Shown here piece by piece: positions 35,151 through 43,965 of a stretch of 64,000 nt of DNA (positions are counted from its first letter, which is position 1; every line of letters starts with the position of its first letter). Both the position numbers and the translations under genes were made by a program. The DNA is from a virus (lineage: Duplodnaviria > Caudoviricetes). The stretch covers positions 9,188 to 73,187 of IMG/VR virus record IMGVR_UViG_3300011427_000001, one strand, 5' to 3'. The notes under the pieces are model-generated. The model ran no database searches and was not told the DNA's origin. It saw nothing but the letters and a program-made list of their open reading frames with translations.

Positions 35151-35561
35151 TTAGCCCTCCTTGATGAGATCGTACTGCATCAGCACCGAGCTGACGCCCA
35201 TGGGCAGTCCCTTTGCTTCAAGAATTGCTTTCTCGGGGATGAGGCGGTAGTCAACGTCTTCCTTTGAATCCAGAATAGGCTGGATTGCGGCCAGAAAATC
35301 GGCTTCTTCTGGCGAGCCAGCTTTGACCTTGATTTTGCCGACGTCCGGATCATCCTCATCCGTGACGAGCTTGCCGTGCTTCTTAATTAAAGCGTCACGG
35401 GTTTTATCGTAGGTCTTGGTCGCGCTCTCGGCCTTGCTGAGATTGCGAGTCAAGTCGTAACGGGCCTTACTTTCGATGTCGATGGGCTTGATAGCGTCCG
35501 CTTCGGCAGCGGCTCGCAGTGCGGCCCGGATGTGTACGTGTTTTTCAATCTCTAGTTGCAT
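35151..35561 (-). CDS. hypothetical protein downstream of the tail fibre (possible chaperone)
   Basis: Start reassigned to MQLEIE after an A/C-rich leader. Confidence 0.6.
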   Translation of the reverse strand: MQLEIEKHVHIRAALRAAAEADAIKPIDIESKARYDLTRNLSKAESATKTYDKTRDALIKKHGKLVTDEDDPDVGKIKVKAGSPEEADFLAAIQPILDSKEDVDYRLIPEKAILEAKGLPMGVSSVLMQYDLIKEG

Positions 35562-35595
35562 TTGGGTTCTTCGTTTTTGGTTTCCTGACAAAATG

Positions 35596-38259
35596 TTACG
35601 GAACTTCCACCAAGATGTAAGAATAGGTCGAGGTATCTAGGATGTTGTCACTAGTAAGTGTAAAGCTGGTGGCCGCAATCACCGTATATGTCACCGACAT
35701 ACCAATCGTTCCACCCGCCGTTTTGCGAGTGACGTAGACTCGAGTGTTGGCGGTAACGGTGGTATTGTTGACTGTGACTGTACCGCCCACCAACACAGCG
35801 TCACCGGCGCGCTGGTTCGTACCACTGGCAATAGAAATCAACTTACCAACAGACTGGATGAGATCACCACCTAGATACATCTTCTTGGCTACAGCCAAAC
35901 CCCCCGCGTGCATCACCGAAGCAGCGGTGGTCGAAGTGGCTTCCGTTGCGTCGGTCGTCGAGAGGACGCCCCCCATATAAAGAGCACCACTAATCCCAAC
36001 ACCACCTGTGACAACGAACGTTCCCGTTGTCGTACTAGTGGAAGCAATGTTCTTGAGTAACGATAGCTGGCCACTTGTGCCGGTCAATTTCATCGCACAC
36101 GCTAACGACGTCTCCACTGACCAAAGGAAGCTCTGGCTATTGCCATTTATGGCAAAGCACATATCCCCAACAATACTTCCCGTGATGATAGAATTTGCTG
36201 CACCCGCTGCGCCAAAACTAATTCCAGCCGGACCATCATTGTGCGGTTGAAAGGTAATTAAGGTCGACGTGTTCGTCGTCGCTTTAATGTAAAGCCGACT
36301 TGTCCCGCTCGTCGGGAATATCAACACATTGCTCTGGATAGGAACCGTACCCGTCGAAGACCCGCCCCATGAGATACCCGCATTCGCAGTTTGCAGGCTA
36401 AACCCGATTGCCGTCGTGGAGTGTGTGTTAAATAGGATTCTTTGGCTATTGCCCGCCACGCTGATGCACATATCACCAACGGCACTGCTTGCAATGGTAT
36501 CACCTGCTGCCCCTTCCGCCGTGATCTGAACCGCCGCCGGATTGTCATTATGTGCCTGAAGCAAAAGACGCGCTCGCGCGTTGGTCGTCGCCTTAACCGC
36601 CAAGGTTGCAAGTCCGCTAGACGGAAACACCGACACGTTCGCCTTTATTGGCATGGTCCCCGTTGTCCCGCCACCCCATGAAATACCCGCGTTGGCAGAT
36701 TCGATAGCAAAGCCGATTGCCGCTCCAGTTGCCGTTCCAGTGAGAAACCTCTGACTATTTCCGTTGATGAACAGACAAATATCACCCGCTGCGGCGCCAG
36801 TGAGTAATGAATTAGCTACACCCGTCTGTCCGAATGAAACGCCCGCTCCTGCATAGTTATTTGCTCGCCAGTCCATCCATGTTGATGTGCCCGCTGCCGC
36901 TTTCATCATCAAAACTGAGTCACCACTGGCCGGGGACACCGTTAAGCTGGAATTGACCGTCACAACCCCTGCCCCTTTTGGAGTTAGTGAAATGCTGATG
37001 TCGGTATCGCCGCCTGTGGCGGATAAGATAGGTGCAACTCCAGTAGCAGCATTAGTGATGGTGAACTCGTTTACCGCCGAGCCGGTCGCCGTGACTTTGA
37101 AAATCTCATTCCCGTTGGTATCATTCAGCGCCGTAATTAACTTCGGCGAGGTCAGCGTCAACGTCGTGCCGTCTGTAGTGGCATTCGTGATACCACCAAA
37201 GGCGCCTCCGTTGTTGTATTGCACCTGCGTCGTGGAACCGCCAGCCGAAGTGGACAGAGATGTCGGGTTGACATATTCAAGCGCCGTCGCACCGGCATTG
37301 ACGCGTAGTAGATACAAAGCAGTTCCAAGGGCCGTGAGCGCCGTTCCGCCCTGTGCTACCGCCACCGTATTTAACGCCGTCGATAGAATCTTACCAGCCG
37401 CATCGGTCAACGTCGTCGGTCCGCTACCTGTCTTCAGCAAGCCGGCCACGGTTAGAGTGTCAGTGGTTTTATTATAGACCAACCCCGCGTCACCTGCCAG
37501 AGCTCCACTATCATTGAACTGAACTTGCGTGTCTGACCCGGCTACCGTGGCGGAAGGAGCTACAAACTCAAAAGCAGTGGCACCCGCATTTACTCGTAAC
37601 AGGTACAATGCTGTACCCAATGCGGTCAATCCAGTTCCACCCTGCGCCACGGCTACTGTATTGAGGGAGGCGCTAAGAATCTTTCCTGTGGCATCAGTCA
37701 ATGTGGTGGGGCCACTGCCGGTTTTCAACAGACCCGCCACGGTCAAGGTGTCAGTCGTTTTGTTATACGTCAGCCCAGCATCACCGGCCAACACTCCAGC
37801 ATCGTTAAACTGAACCTGGGTATCCGAACCAGCCACTACCGCAGCAGGTGCCGCCCATTCCATTTGGGTAGCTCCTGCGTTTACTCGCAGCACGTACAAT
37901 GCGGCACCAAGCGCGAGTTTGCCCACGGTATTAGTGGCGCTGCCGTAAAGCAGGTCGCCTTGCGTGATGCTCGTTTGTCCCGTGCCGCCCAGCGTAGCAG
38001 GCACACTCGCAAGCTCCTGGATTGCTCCAGTGCCAGCAGTCGTACGACCAAGGATCTTTGCCGTCGACATCGTCAACCCTGATGTGGTAATCGACTGTCC
38101 TGATGTTATGATAGGAACACCACCGGCAGTTGTACCATCACCCATGACCAGACGCTTCGTGTCGAAGTACCAACCCAACTCACCTTCATCCAGCACCACG
38201 GCGCCTAGGTTAGCTTCCGTGTCCCGCCGCTGTAGCATTTTGCGAAAAATTGTGCTCAT
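35596..38259 (-). CDS. tail fibre / receptor-binding protein with internal repeats
   Basis: Mtd-like N-terminus (QRRDT..L..VVLDEGELG...KRLVMGDGTT); Gly/Thr/Ala-rich; 97-aa and 103-aa repeats. Confidence 0.85.
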   Translation of the reverse strand: MSTIFRKMLQRRDTEANLGAVVLDEGELGWYFDTKRLVMGDGTTAGGVPIITSGQSITTSGLTMSTAKILGRTTAGTGAIQELASVPATLGGTGQTSITQGDLLYGSATNTVGKLALGAALYVLRVNAGATQMEWAAPAAVVAGSDTQVQFNDAGVLAGDAGLTYNKTTDTLTVAGLLKTGSGPTTLTDATGKILSASLNTVAVAQGGTGLTALGTALYLLRVNAGATAFEFVAPSATVAGSDTQVQFNDSGALAGDAGLVYNKTTDTLTVAGLLKTGSGPTTLTDAAGKILSTALNTVAVAQGGTALTALGTALYLLRVNAGATALEYVNPTSLSTSAGGSTTQVQYNNGGAFGGITNATTDGTTLTLTSPKLITALNDTNGNEIFKVTATGSAVNEFTITNAATGVAPILSATGGDTDISISLTPKGAGVVTVNSSLTVSPASGDSVLMMKAAAGTSTWMDWRANNYAGAGVSFGQTGVANSLLTGAAAGDICLFINGNSQRFLTGTATGAAIGFAIESANAGISWGGGTTGTMPIKANVSVFPSSGLATLAVKATTNARARLLLQAHNDNPAAVQITAEGAAGDTIASSAVGDMCISVAGNSQRILFNTHSTTAIGFSLQTANAGISWGGSSTGTVPIQSNVLIFPTSGTSRLYIKATTNTSTLITFQPHNDGPAGISFGAAGAANSIITGSIVGDMCFAINGNSQSFLWSVETSLACAMKLTGTSGQLSLLKNIASTSTTTGTFVVTGGVGISGALYMGGVLSTTDATEATSTTAASVMHAGGLAVAKKMYLGGDLIQSVGKLISIASGTNQRAGDAVLVGGTVTVNNTTVTANTRVYVTRKTAGGTIGMSVTYTVIAATSFTLTSDNILDTSTYSYILVEVP

Positions 38260-38278
38260 ATAGAAAGGTACGGATGGG

Positions 38279-38737
38279 TTATAGAGGAGGAGTGCCCTCG
38301 ATCTCAATACTAGGTTCGTAAGAACCGCCGCCATCAATCACATCGGTAAGGGCTGACGATGCATCACCGCCATCAATTACTCCGTCATCACTGCTACCTC
38401 CACCTACGGGAAATTGGAGCCAATCGTCAATCGTTTCACCTCGATTTGAGATGCAGACAAAAACTGCACCAGTATCACCAATGTCAGTGCGAAAGCACAT
38501 ATCGAATGGATGCACGCTACGGTCCGACGTCTCATGCAGCGCCAACATCGTTGCTTCATCACCTACGGACAAATCAGCACCGTGAAACACGGGCGCGACA
38601 ATCGTGCCCTCTAAAAAGACCCGCTTCTGGTCGGACGTCGTGTGCAGTTCATTTGCAAGCAGACGACCATGAGACTGAATGAACTGCCGCTGCAGGTCGG
38701 TACCCGATAGAGGGATTATTCTAGGAAAGGTTGGCAT
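38279..38737 (-). CDS. hypothetical virion-module protein
   Basis: Start reassigned to MPTFPR; ends with IDGG repeats common in tail accessory proteins. Confidence 0.55.
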   Translation of the reverse strand: MPTFPRIIPLSGTDLQRQFIQSHGRLLANELHTTSDQKRVFLEGTIVAPVFHGADLSVGDEATMLALHETSDRSVHPFDMCFRTDIGDTGAVFVCISNRGETIDDWLQFPVGGGSSDDGVIDGGDASSALTDVIDGGGSYEPSIEIEGTPPL

Positions 38738-39020
38738 GTGTATCGTATCTTCCCCATGCCCCGATAGGGCACACAAACGTAGACCACGCAAGCTTCCTTC
38801 GCCCACACCCACAAATGGTGCATGCCCCACTTCCACGATAGGCAGTAGGGTCCCAATTCTTACCCGGACAGCGGGTCGTGCATATCTCCATCCGCATCGA
38901 TAGCACTTCTTCCGGGGCCCGTGCAAACCGCGACTTGACAATTTGCACACTTGCCCCGGCTAGATTGACCGCACGCCGACCTAGGGAAGGAAGCCTAACA
39001 GATGTATGCGATATGATCAT
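38721..39020 (-). CDS. Cys-rich small protein
   Basis: RMEIC...C...CTICGC...KL....VCPIGAW pattern; ATGA overlap with the tail tip gene. Confidence 0.6.
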   Translation of the reverse strand: MIISHTSVRLPSLGRRAVNLAGASVQIVKSRFARAPEEVLSMRMEICTTRCPGKNWDPTAYRGSGACTICGCGRRKLAWSTFVCPIGAWGRYDTHANLS

Positions 39021-42000
39021 ACGGCAATAGACCGACAAACCACACTTGAAATGAAGTGTTCATATCCCACCTCGTTTGGCATTTCAAACTCAGGGATGTC
39101 TACCGAACCTCCCGTTTCAACTGTAGCTTCAAACGTCTCACTTGTGCCAAGGGAAACCACGTTTGTTGCCAGGTCCTTCTTGCTGATGTTTATCTCAACC
39201 ATCACGTAGTCACCTGGATTGATAGTGGGGAAGGTTATCGTGCCGCGTACTTTAGCTTCCGCATACTCAAAAATGAATTGTGTGCGACTCTCATAAATAG
39301 TAGAACAGCAGGGGTACGTCCCGCATGGCACCCATGGTTGTCCAGCCCAAGGATAGGCATTACGCATCCGGTAAATAGCGTCGTCGTCGTCATCTTCCTC
39401 ATGCAGAGATTCCACTACAGTTCCATCAGCCTGAATTGACGCCACCCCAAACCCACTGTCGTTTATGCAACACTGCATCCCTTCCGTGGTGCGATGGGTC
39501 AAGTCTGTGATGGTTTCAACGTAGTAAGGCTCCATCCTGACCAACAAGGTGAAGTAAGGCTGATAGAACAAATCAGGTCTTCCGTCTTGCTCGTACTGGT
39601 CATAGATAGGAAGTAACCCCGGAATTGGTGTCGACTCATCTCCCGGACCTCCGCCCTCTATCAGTCTGGATGTCTCGTGCTTGATTACACTGAAAGAACA
39701 ATCTTCCCGACTGTACCGCTCGTCAATGTCCCATGTGTCAGTGAATCTATTTACCCCGGCTTCATAGTTCCAAGCCCCGATACCCCAACCAAAAATCGCT
39801 TGAATGGAAACCGCTATGGTGAAAATGGCTCCGATGTTTTGAGTAAACTGAAATCCAGCACTGATAGGGCCGTATCCCATCAAAGTGGCGTAGTTAGTGG
39901 GAGGCGGCATAGCGCCGGGAGGAGCAGTCTGTCCGGGTCCTATGGTATATCCATCAAACGTGTAATGGGCCAACCCTGTGTCAAAATCCACCGAATCCAA
40001 AGTCAATCGCACTGTTACCCAATAGTACGAATTGGAAAAGTAATATACCGCCACATCACCGGACTGTGGACCAGACCCCGGATAAGTTGAAGAACAGCAA
40101 GTGACAGTGGCGCCACTGACTGATTGTGTGCTTGGGTGGGCCAACTGTGATAGGTATCTAGCTGAACCGGGAGGAGAGTAATCAATACCATTCGTATTTG
40201 TCGTGTCGGGTCCTCCGTTAGTCGATTGATTGTCAAACCTAAAAATATACGGAGATATGATAGACGACACTGTTCGAATCCCCCCCAAAGTATCATACGC
40301 CACATCACTGAAATTGGAAACATTTATCATATCCCCCGGTGCCAGATGATGCACATCTGGGCACTCTACTTCACAGAACGTAGAGCCTACCCTGGTTAAA
40401 GTGCAGAACCCGCTAATTGAAAATTGAGTCCATTGTCTTATTACATTGGACGTTAAATCACCACCTCCTAGCAAAGCCCCCGGAACAATCACACCGCTTC
40501 CGATGTTCAACTCATCCGAGGTCATCGCCAGTATCGTGTTCCCCGGCACCACAGGATTAGCCCCGTCGTCATAATCAGGCCCACTTGGATCCATATTTCC
40601 TAGCCCATCAGGAATCGACAAGTATTTTCCAATATCCATTTCCCCAGACACTAACCTCTTGCGATACTTCTTGGGAGGTGTTGACCCGGCGAGCTGCCCT
40701 TCCCATGTAAACTCATTGAATCCACATACCGCTAGAGCGTCTCCGCGAGATTGACACTCGAGCTGAACTGTGGATGGGACGATATCTAAAAGGTCCTTGT
40801 AGACCGGGGGCTTCTGAGGCGGGGGTGGGAAGTTGGTAAGATTGGTGAAGTTATCACCTACCCCGTCATCTTCCCACTCATACACGCTCGGGTCCGTCTC
40901 CCGCAAATTGAGCATGATCTGAATCTTGCGGTCCTGAATGACAAAGTCCCACGACATGACATCCATGGGAGTGTTATCGAAACCAAGCTTCGGGAAATCA
41001 AAGGTTACGGTCAGTCCCGGTTGTGCACGGAGGGCCTCGATATTGCAGGGGACCGTCACCTGCCTCGAGAACCGGGAACGCAGCAAAAAGATCTTGGCCA
41101 ACCGTCTGCACTTGGGTGTAGAATCAGTGTTCAGCAAGTCGACATCTTCAGCCAGCTCTTCCTTGTCTTCTTCAAGGGCATTGGAGTCCACGTAGGCCGG
41201 GAAGTCAGTGGGTTGCCATTGCGTGCCTTCGGTCGCATACACTCCGCGCACAGTGTTGAAGCGGTCGCGCTTGCTTTGCCGCGTCTTGCGCGAGACCGGT
41301 CCCACAATGATGCTCTGGTCGACTGTGAAGGTGGGAATCTGGTAAGCCCCCGCGTAGATGCGCTGCTTGCCCCCGACGTAGACCGTCGTTCCGGCCATTG
41401 CTGTACGGAACATCCGAATGATCTCTTCTCCATCATGCTCTAACGAAATCACCCCGTCAAAGGTGTAACGAAACTCATACCTTGGCACAGCAAAGTAGGT
41501 TTCCCCGCTGGCGTAGTTTGAAGGACTGCCAGACGAGACCAACACCAGTTCTTCGCACACGTTGGCCGCAGCAATCAGTTCATCCTCACCCACCTCATCT
41601 GGATAAATCAAACCGGGACCGAGACGTTCAAGAGTGAGGTAGTGATTGAGACAGAGCGCGACGTTGTTGGTGTACTTGACCGTCGACTCTCGCGGGTCCC
41701 AAACGTCTTTTCGACCAAGCAAGATCGCACCAATCTGTGGCACACCATTTGGAAACGCTTCCGGGTCGTAGGTAAGTTCAACCCACGAATAACAAATGCC
41801 CCGCAGTTTATCCGACTCGGCCCAACCGGGAATGATACCAAGACCGTGCGCGGGCGGCAGTAGGTTATCACCCAGCTCACTTTCCCATCGAACTAGACCG
41901 TGGTACGGACTCCCCACTACCGGTACCAGAATGTCCGGATTGCTACTATCAATGGGTTCCACGTGCACCCCTTTACCATTGAACAGAAGAGCTTCCATCT

Positions 42001-42304
42001 GTTCGCAGGGGCCGTCACCCCAGATCAAAATGTAATGAAGCTTCTCGTTCTCAGCCCCGCTGACCGCAACGTAGTCTTCAATCCCACCTACCCGCGTGCG
42101 ACCGTAGATGAGTCGACGGGGCATCGCAGTTGCTCGCACCTGATATAGAACGCCCCGCTGCTTCTGTGTGGCTTGCTGCGCTGCTTGCCGAGCTGCCTTT
42201 TGCGCAGTTTGATATGACGTGTACGAAACGGCCGCCCCAATGGCCATCACCGCAAACACAATGATGTCAACCACACTTGCGAAGATTAGGGGAATTTCAA
42301 ACAT
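39017..42304 (-). CDS. tail tip / host-specificity protein (lambda J / GTA-like)
   Basis: RRLIYGRTRVGG, LRGICY, NNVALCL..YL, FDGVI, FNTVRG; position after the NlpC/P60 gene. Confidence 0.85.
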   Translation of the reverse strand: MFEIPLIFASVVDIIVFAVMAIGAAVSYTSYQTAQKAARQAAQQATQKQRGVLYQVRATAMPRRLIYGRTRVGGIEDYVAVSGAENEKLHYILIWGDGPCEQMEALLFNGKGVHVEPIDSSNPDILVPVVGSPYHGLVRWESELGDNLLPPAHGLGIIPGWAESDKLRGICYSWVELTYDPEAFPNGVPQIGAILLGRKDVWDPRESTVKYTNNVALCLNHYLTLERLGPGLIYPDEVGEDELIAAANVCEELVLVSSGSPSNYASGETYFAVPRYEFRYTFDGVISLEHDGEEIIRMFRTAMAGTTVYVGGKQRIYAGAYQIPTFTVDQSIIVGPVSRKTRQSKRDRFNTVRGVYATEGTQWQPTDFPAYVDSNALEEDKEELAEDVDLLNTDSTPKCRRLAKIFLLRSRFSRQVTVPCNIEALRAQPGLTVTFDFPKLGFDNTPMDVMSWDFVIQDRKIQIMLNLRETDPSVYEWEDDGVGDNFTNLTNFPPPPQKPPVYKDLLDIVPSTVQLECQSRGDALAVCGFNEFTWEGQLAGSTPPKKYRKRLVSGEMDIGKYLSIPDGLGNMDPSGPDYDDGANPVVPGNTILAMTSDELNIGSGVIVPGALLGGGDLTSNVIRQWTQFSISGFCTLTRVGSTFCEVECPDVHHLAPGDMINVSNFSDVAYDTLGGIRTVSSIISPYIFRFDNQSTNGGPDTTNTNGIDYSPPGSARYLSQLAHPSTQSVSGATVTCCSSTYPGSGPQSGDVAVYYFSNSYYWVTVRLTLDSVDFDTGLAHYTFDGYTIGPGQTAPPGAMPPPTNYATLMGYGPISAGFQFTQNIGAIFTIAVSIQAIFGWGIGAWNYEAGVNRFTDTWDIDERYSREDCSFSVIKHETSRLIEGGGPGDESTPIPGLLPIYDQYEQDGRPDLFYQPYFTLLVRMEPYYVETITDLTHRTTEGMQCCINDSGFGVASIQADGTVVESLHEEDDDDDAIYRMRNAYPWAGQPWVPCGTYPCCSTIYESRTQFIFEYAEAKVRGTITFPTINPGDYVMVEINISKKDLATNVVSLGTSETFEATVETGGSVDIPEFEMPNEVGYEHFISSVVCRSIAV

Positions 42305-42749
42305 ACGGAACCCTCCATGCGCAGCGGGTTCGTCTCATTGGTACCGACAGCAACCCTTTTCGGCCCGGGGTCATAGCGTGTGTCCCCGCACATACCCCCA
42401 ACCCCCCACACCAATCATCCGTCTCACCCGGTAATGTGGCAATGAACACGGGGTCACCCCGATGCGCTTGCATCCAGTTAATTTCAACAAAGCCCGCTTC
42501 AGTGAGCACTTGGCTCACCACCTTGTAGAAACCGTCTTCCCCAAAACTGCGAAGCAGCTCCTTCGCCTCTTCGTCATTCCGGTACTTTGACACAAAACTA
42601 TCAGCCAGCTCAATCCCAACCACTTGAAACACTGCCCCCGAAGTAAACCGCACGCAGTCGAACACGCCCCGGTCGAAACAATGTCGCATGTGCTCAACAA
42701 AGTAGGATTGGAGTCTGGTTTCCCAGCCGGGTAGCTTGGTCAGGTTCAT
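42297..42749 (-). CDS. NlpC/P60-like tail tip assembly protein (lambda K position)
   Basis: WETRL...F..G.FDCVRF; RGD; LGVC. Confidence 0.75.
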   Translation of the reverse strand: MNLTKLPGWETRLQSYFVEHMRHCFDRGVFDCVRFTSGAVFQVVGIELADSFVSKYRNDEEAKELLRSFGEDGFYKVVSQVLTEAGFVEINWMQAHRGDPVFIATLPGETDDWCGGLGVCAGTHAMTPGRKGLLSVPMRRTRCAWRVPYV

Positions 42750-43336
42750 GCTTGTGTGCGTCCCCACGTGATTTCGAGATCCTGAATTTGTTCGATCTTA
42801 CTCAAGCCCGTGTCACCTTCCCCGGGATTGAGAAGCTGTTGGTCACGATCGGTGTATCGCCATTCGCGCTTGCGCAGGATATCGACCAAGCGATGTTCAC
42901 AATAGATTGTCAGGTTGGCAGCTTTGGCCGAGAACATCACGTCGTCAGCATCCAGCACTCCGCGCCACAGCGGTTCAGGCAGCATTACGATATCAGGGGC
43001 GTTGGTGCTGGTGCGGTCCCAAAACCCCAAAAGAATTTCGCACCGTTCCTTTTGATAGGCGTCACTGGTCAGTTGGTTCACTAGGTCTTGGTCCAAGCCA
43101 TTGAGTGAAACCTTCAGACCTTGCGCTCCCGTGTCTACCGTCTCCGAAATGGACTCAATGCCTATAATACCCCCCACTCCCGTCCAAACATTGGTACCGT
43201 CGTTGTAATCGCCCTTGCCAGTCCAGATACGCCGGGGCTGTGAAGGGAAGTCAGCAAACAGGAACACGACCGGCTCAAGCAACTCCGCCGCAATCATTGC
43301 CAACACCTCGGGAGACAGTGTGCGTTCAGAAGGCAC
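42746..43336 (-). CDS. tail hub / minor tail protein (lambda L position)
   Basis: RIWTG.G, LSKIEQIQ...WG; synteny. Confidence 0.7.
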   Translation of the reverse strand: MPSERTLSPEVLAMIAAELLEPVVFLFADFPSQPRRIWTGKGDYNDGTNVWTGVGGIIGIESISETVDTGAQGLKVSLNGLDQDLVNQLTSDAYQKERCEILLGFWDRTSTNAPDIVMLPEPLWRGVLDADDVMFSAKAANLTIYCEHRLVDILRKREWRYTDRDQQLLNPGEGDTGLSKIEQIQDLEITWGRTQA

Positions 43337-43962
43337 TAGATGGCCTCCTCGAAGCTGAAGTTGAAGCCGTTCATGAAATACTCAACGTCCGCTGCGAACT
43401 CCGGCCATTCCAGCAACCTGAACAAACCGAACGCCTCAATCCCGACCGTGATGTCAGCATTGTCAGCAAGGTCATTCCGTGCGTGCGGCCAGATGGAGAG
43501 GGTCGCATCGCCCGTCCCGTTGCTGGACGCATCTTCAAGCAACTGGTAGAGCCGACTGTTGACCGAGATGTAATCCCCCTCAAGCAGCATGTCCGTGACA
43601 TTGATGGGCCAACCATCGGTCACGAGATCCGACCCGTTTTGTCCCGCCCCGTTGACCTTGGGTGCTAGGGATGTGCTCAGTGTCAATGCCCCACGATGGT
43701 CCGCCGCCTTTGGGTCCTGAAACAGAAAGGTGCCTTCCACTCCGTTGAGTTTGAGAAAAGCCGACTGCCAGGCTCGGGCTTGGACAATGCTGTTCATCAC
43801 TCCTATCTCCGCCGTCGCCCGCCGAATCTGCCCATCCCAGGCATACACCTTCGAGCGAAATGAAAACTCAGTGGGTTGACGCGCCACAGCCGAATCCGGC
43901 GTCCAGGTAAACTTAATGCAGCCCGGCAGCGTTGGAAGTGATATGGGATAGGTGATAGGCAT
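43336..43962 (-). CDS. distal tail protein
   Basis: Immediately follows the tape measure gene; FLKLNG..GTFLFQDP, LEGDYI. Confidence 0.7.
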   Translation of the reverse strand: MPITYPISLPTLPGCIKFTWTPDSAVARQPTEFSFRSKVYAWDGQIRRATAEIGVMNSIVQARAWQSAFLKLNGVEGTFLFQDPKAADHRGALTLSTSLAPKVNGAGQNGSDLVTDGWPINVTDMLLEGDYISVNSRLYQLLEDASSNGTGDATLSIWPHARNDLADNADITVGIEAFGLFRLLEWPEFAADVEYFMNGFNFSFEEAI

Positions 43963-43965
43963 GGT

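Noticed and set aside
35596-38259. Diversity-generating retroelement suggested by the Mtd-like N-terminus
   Set aside because: No reverse transcriptase and no template/variable repeat pair differing at adenines in the window.
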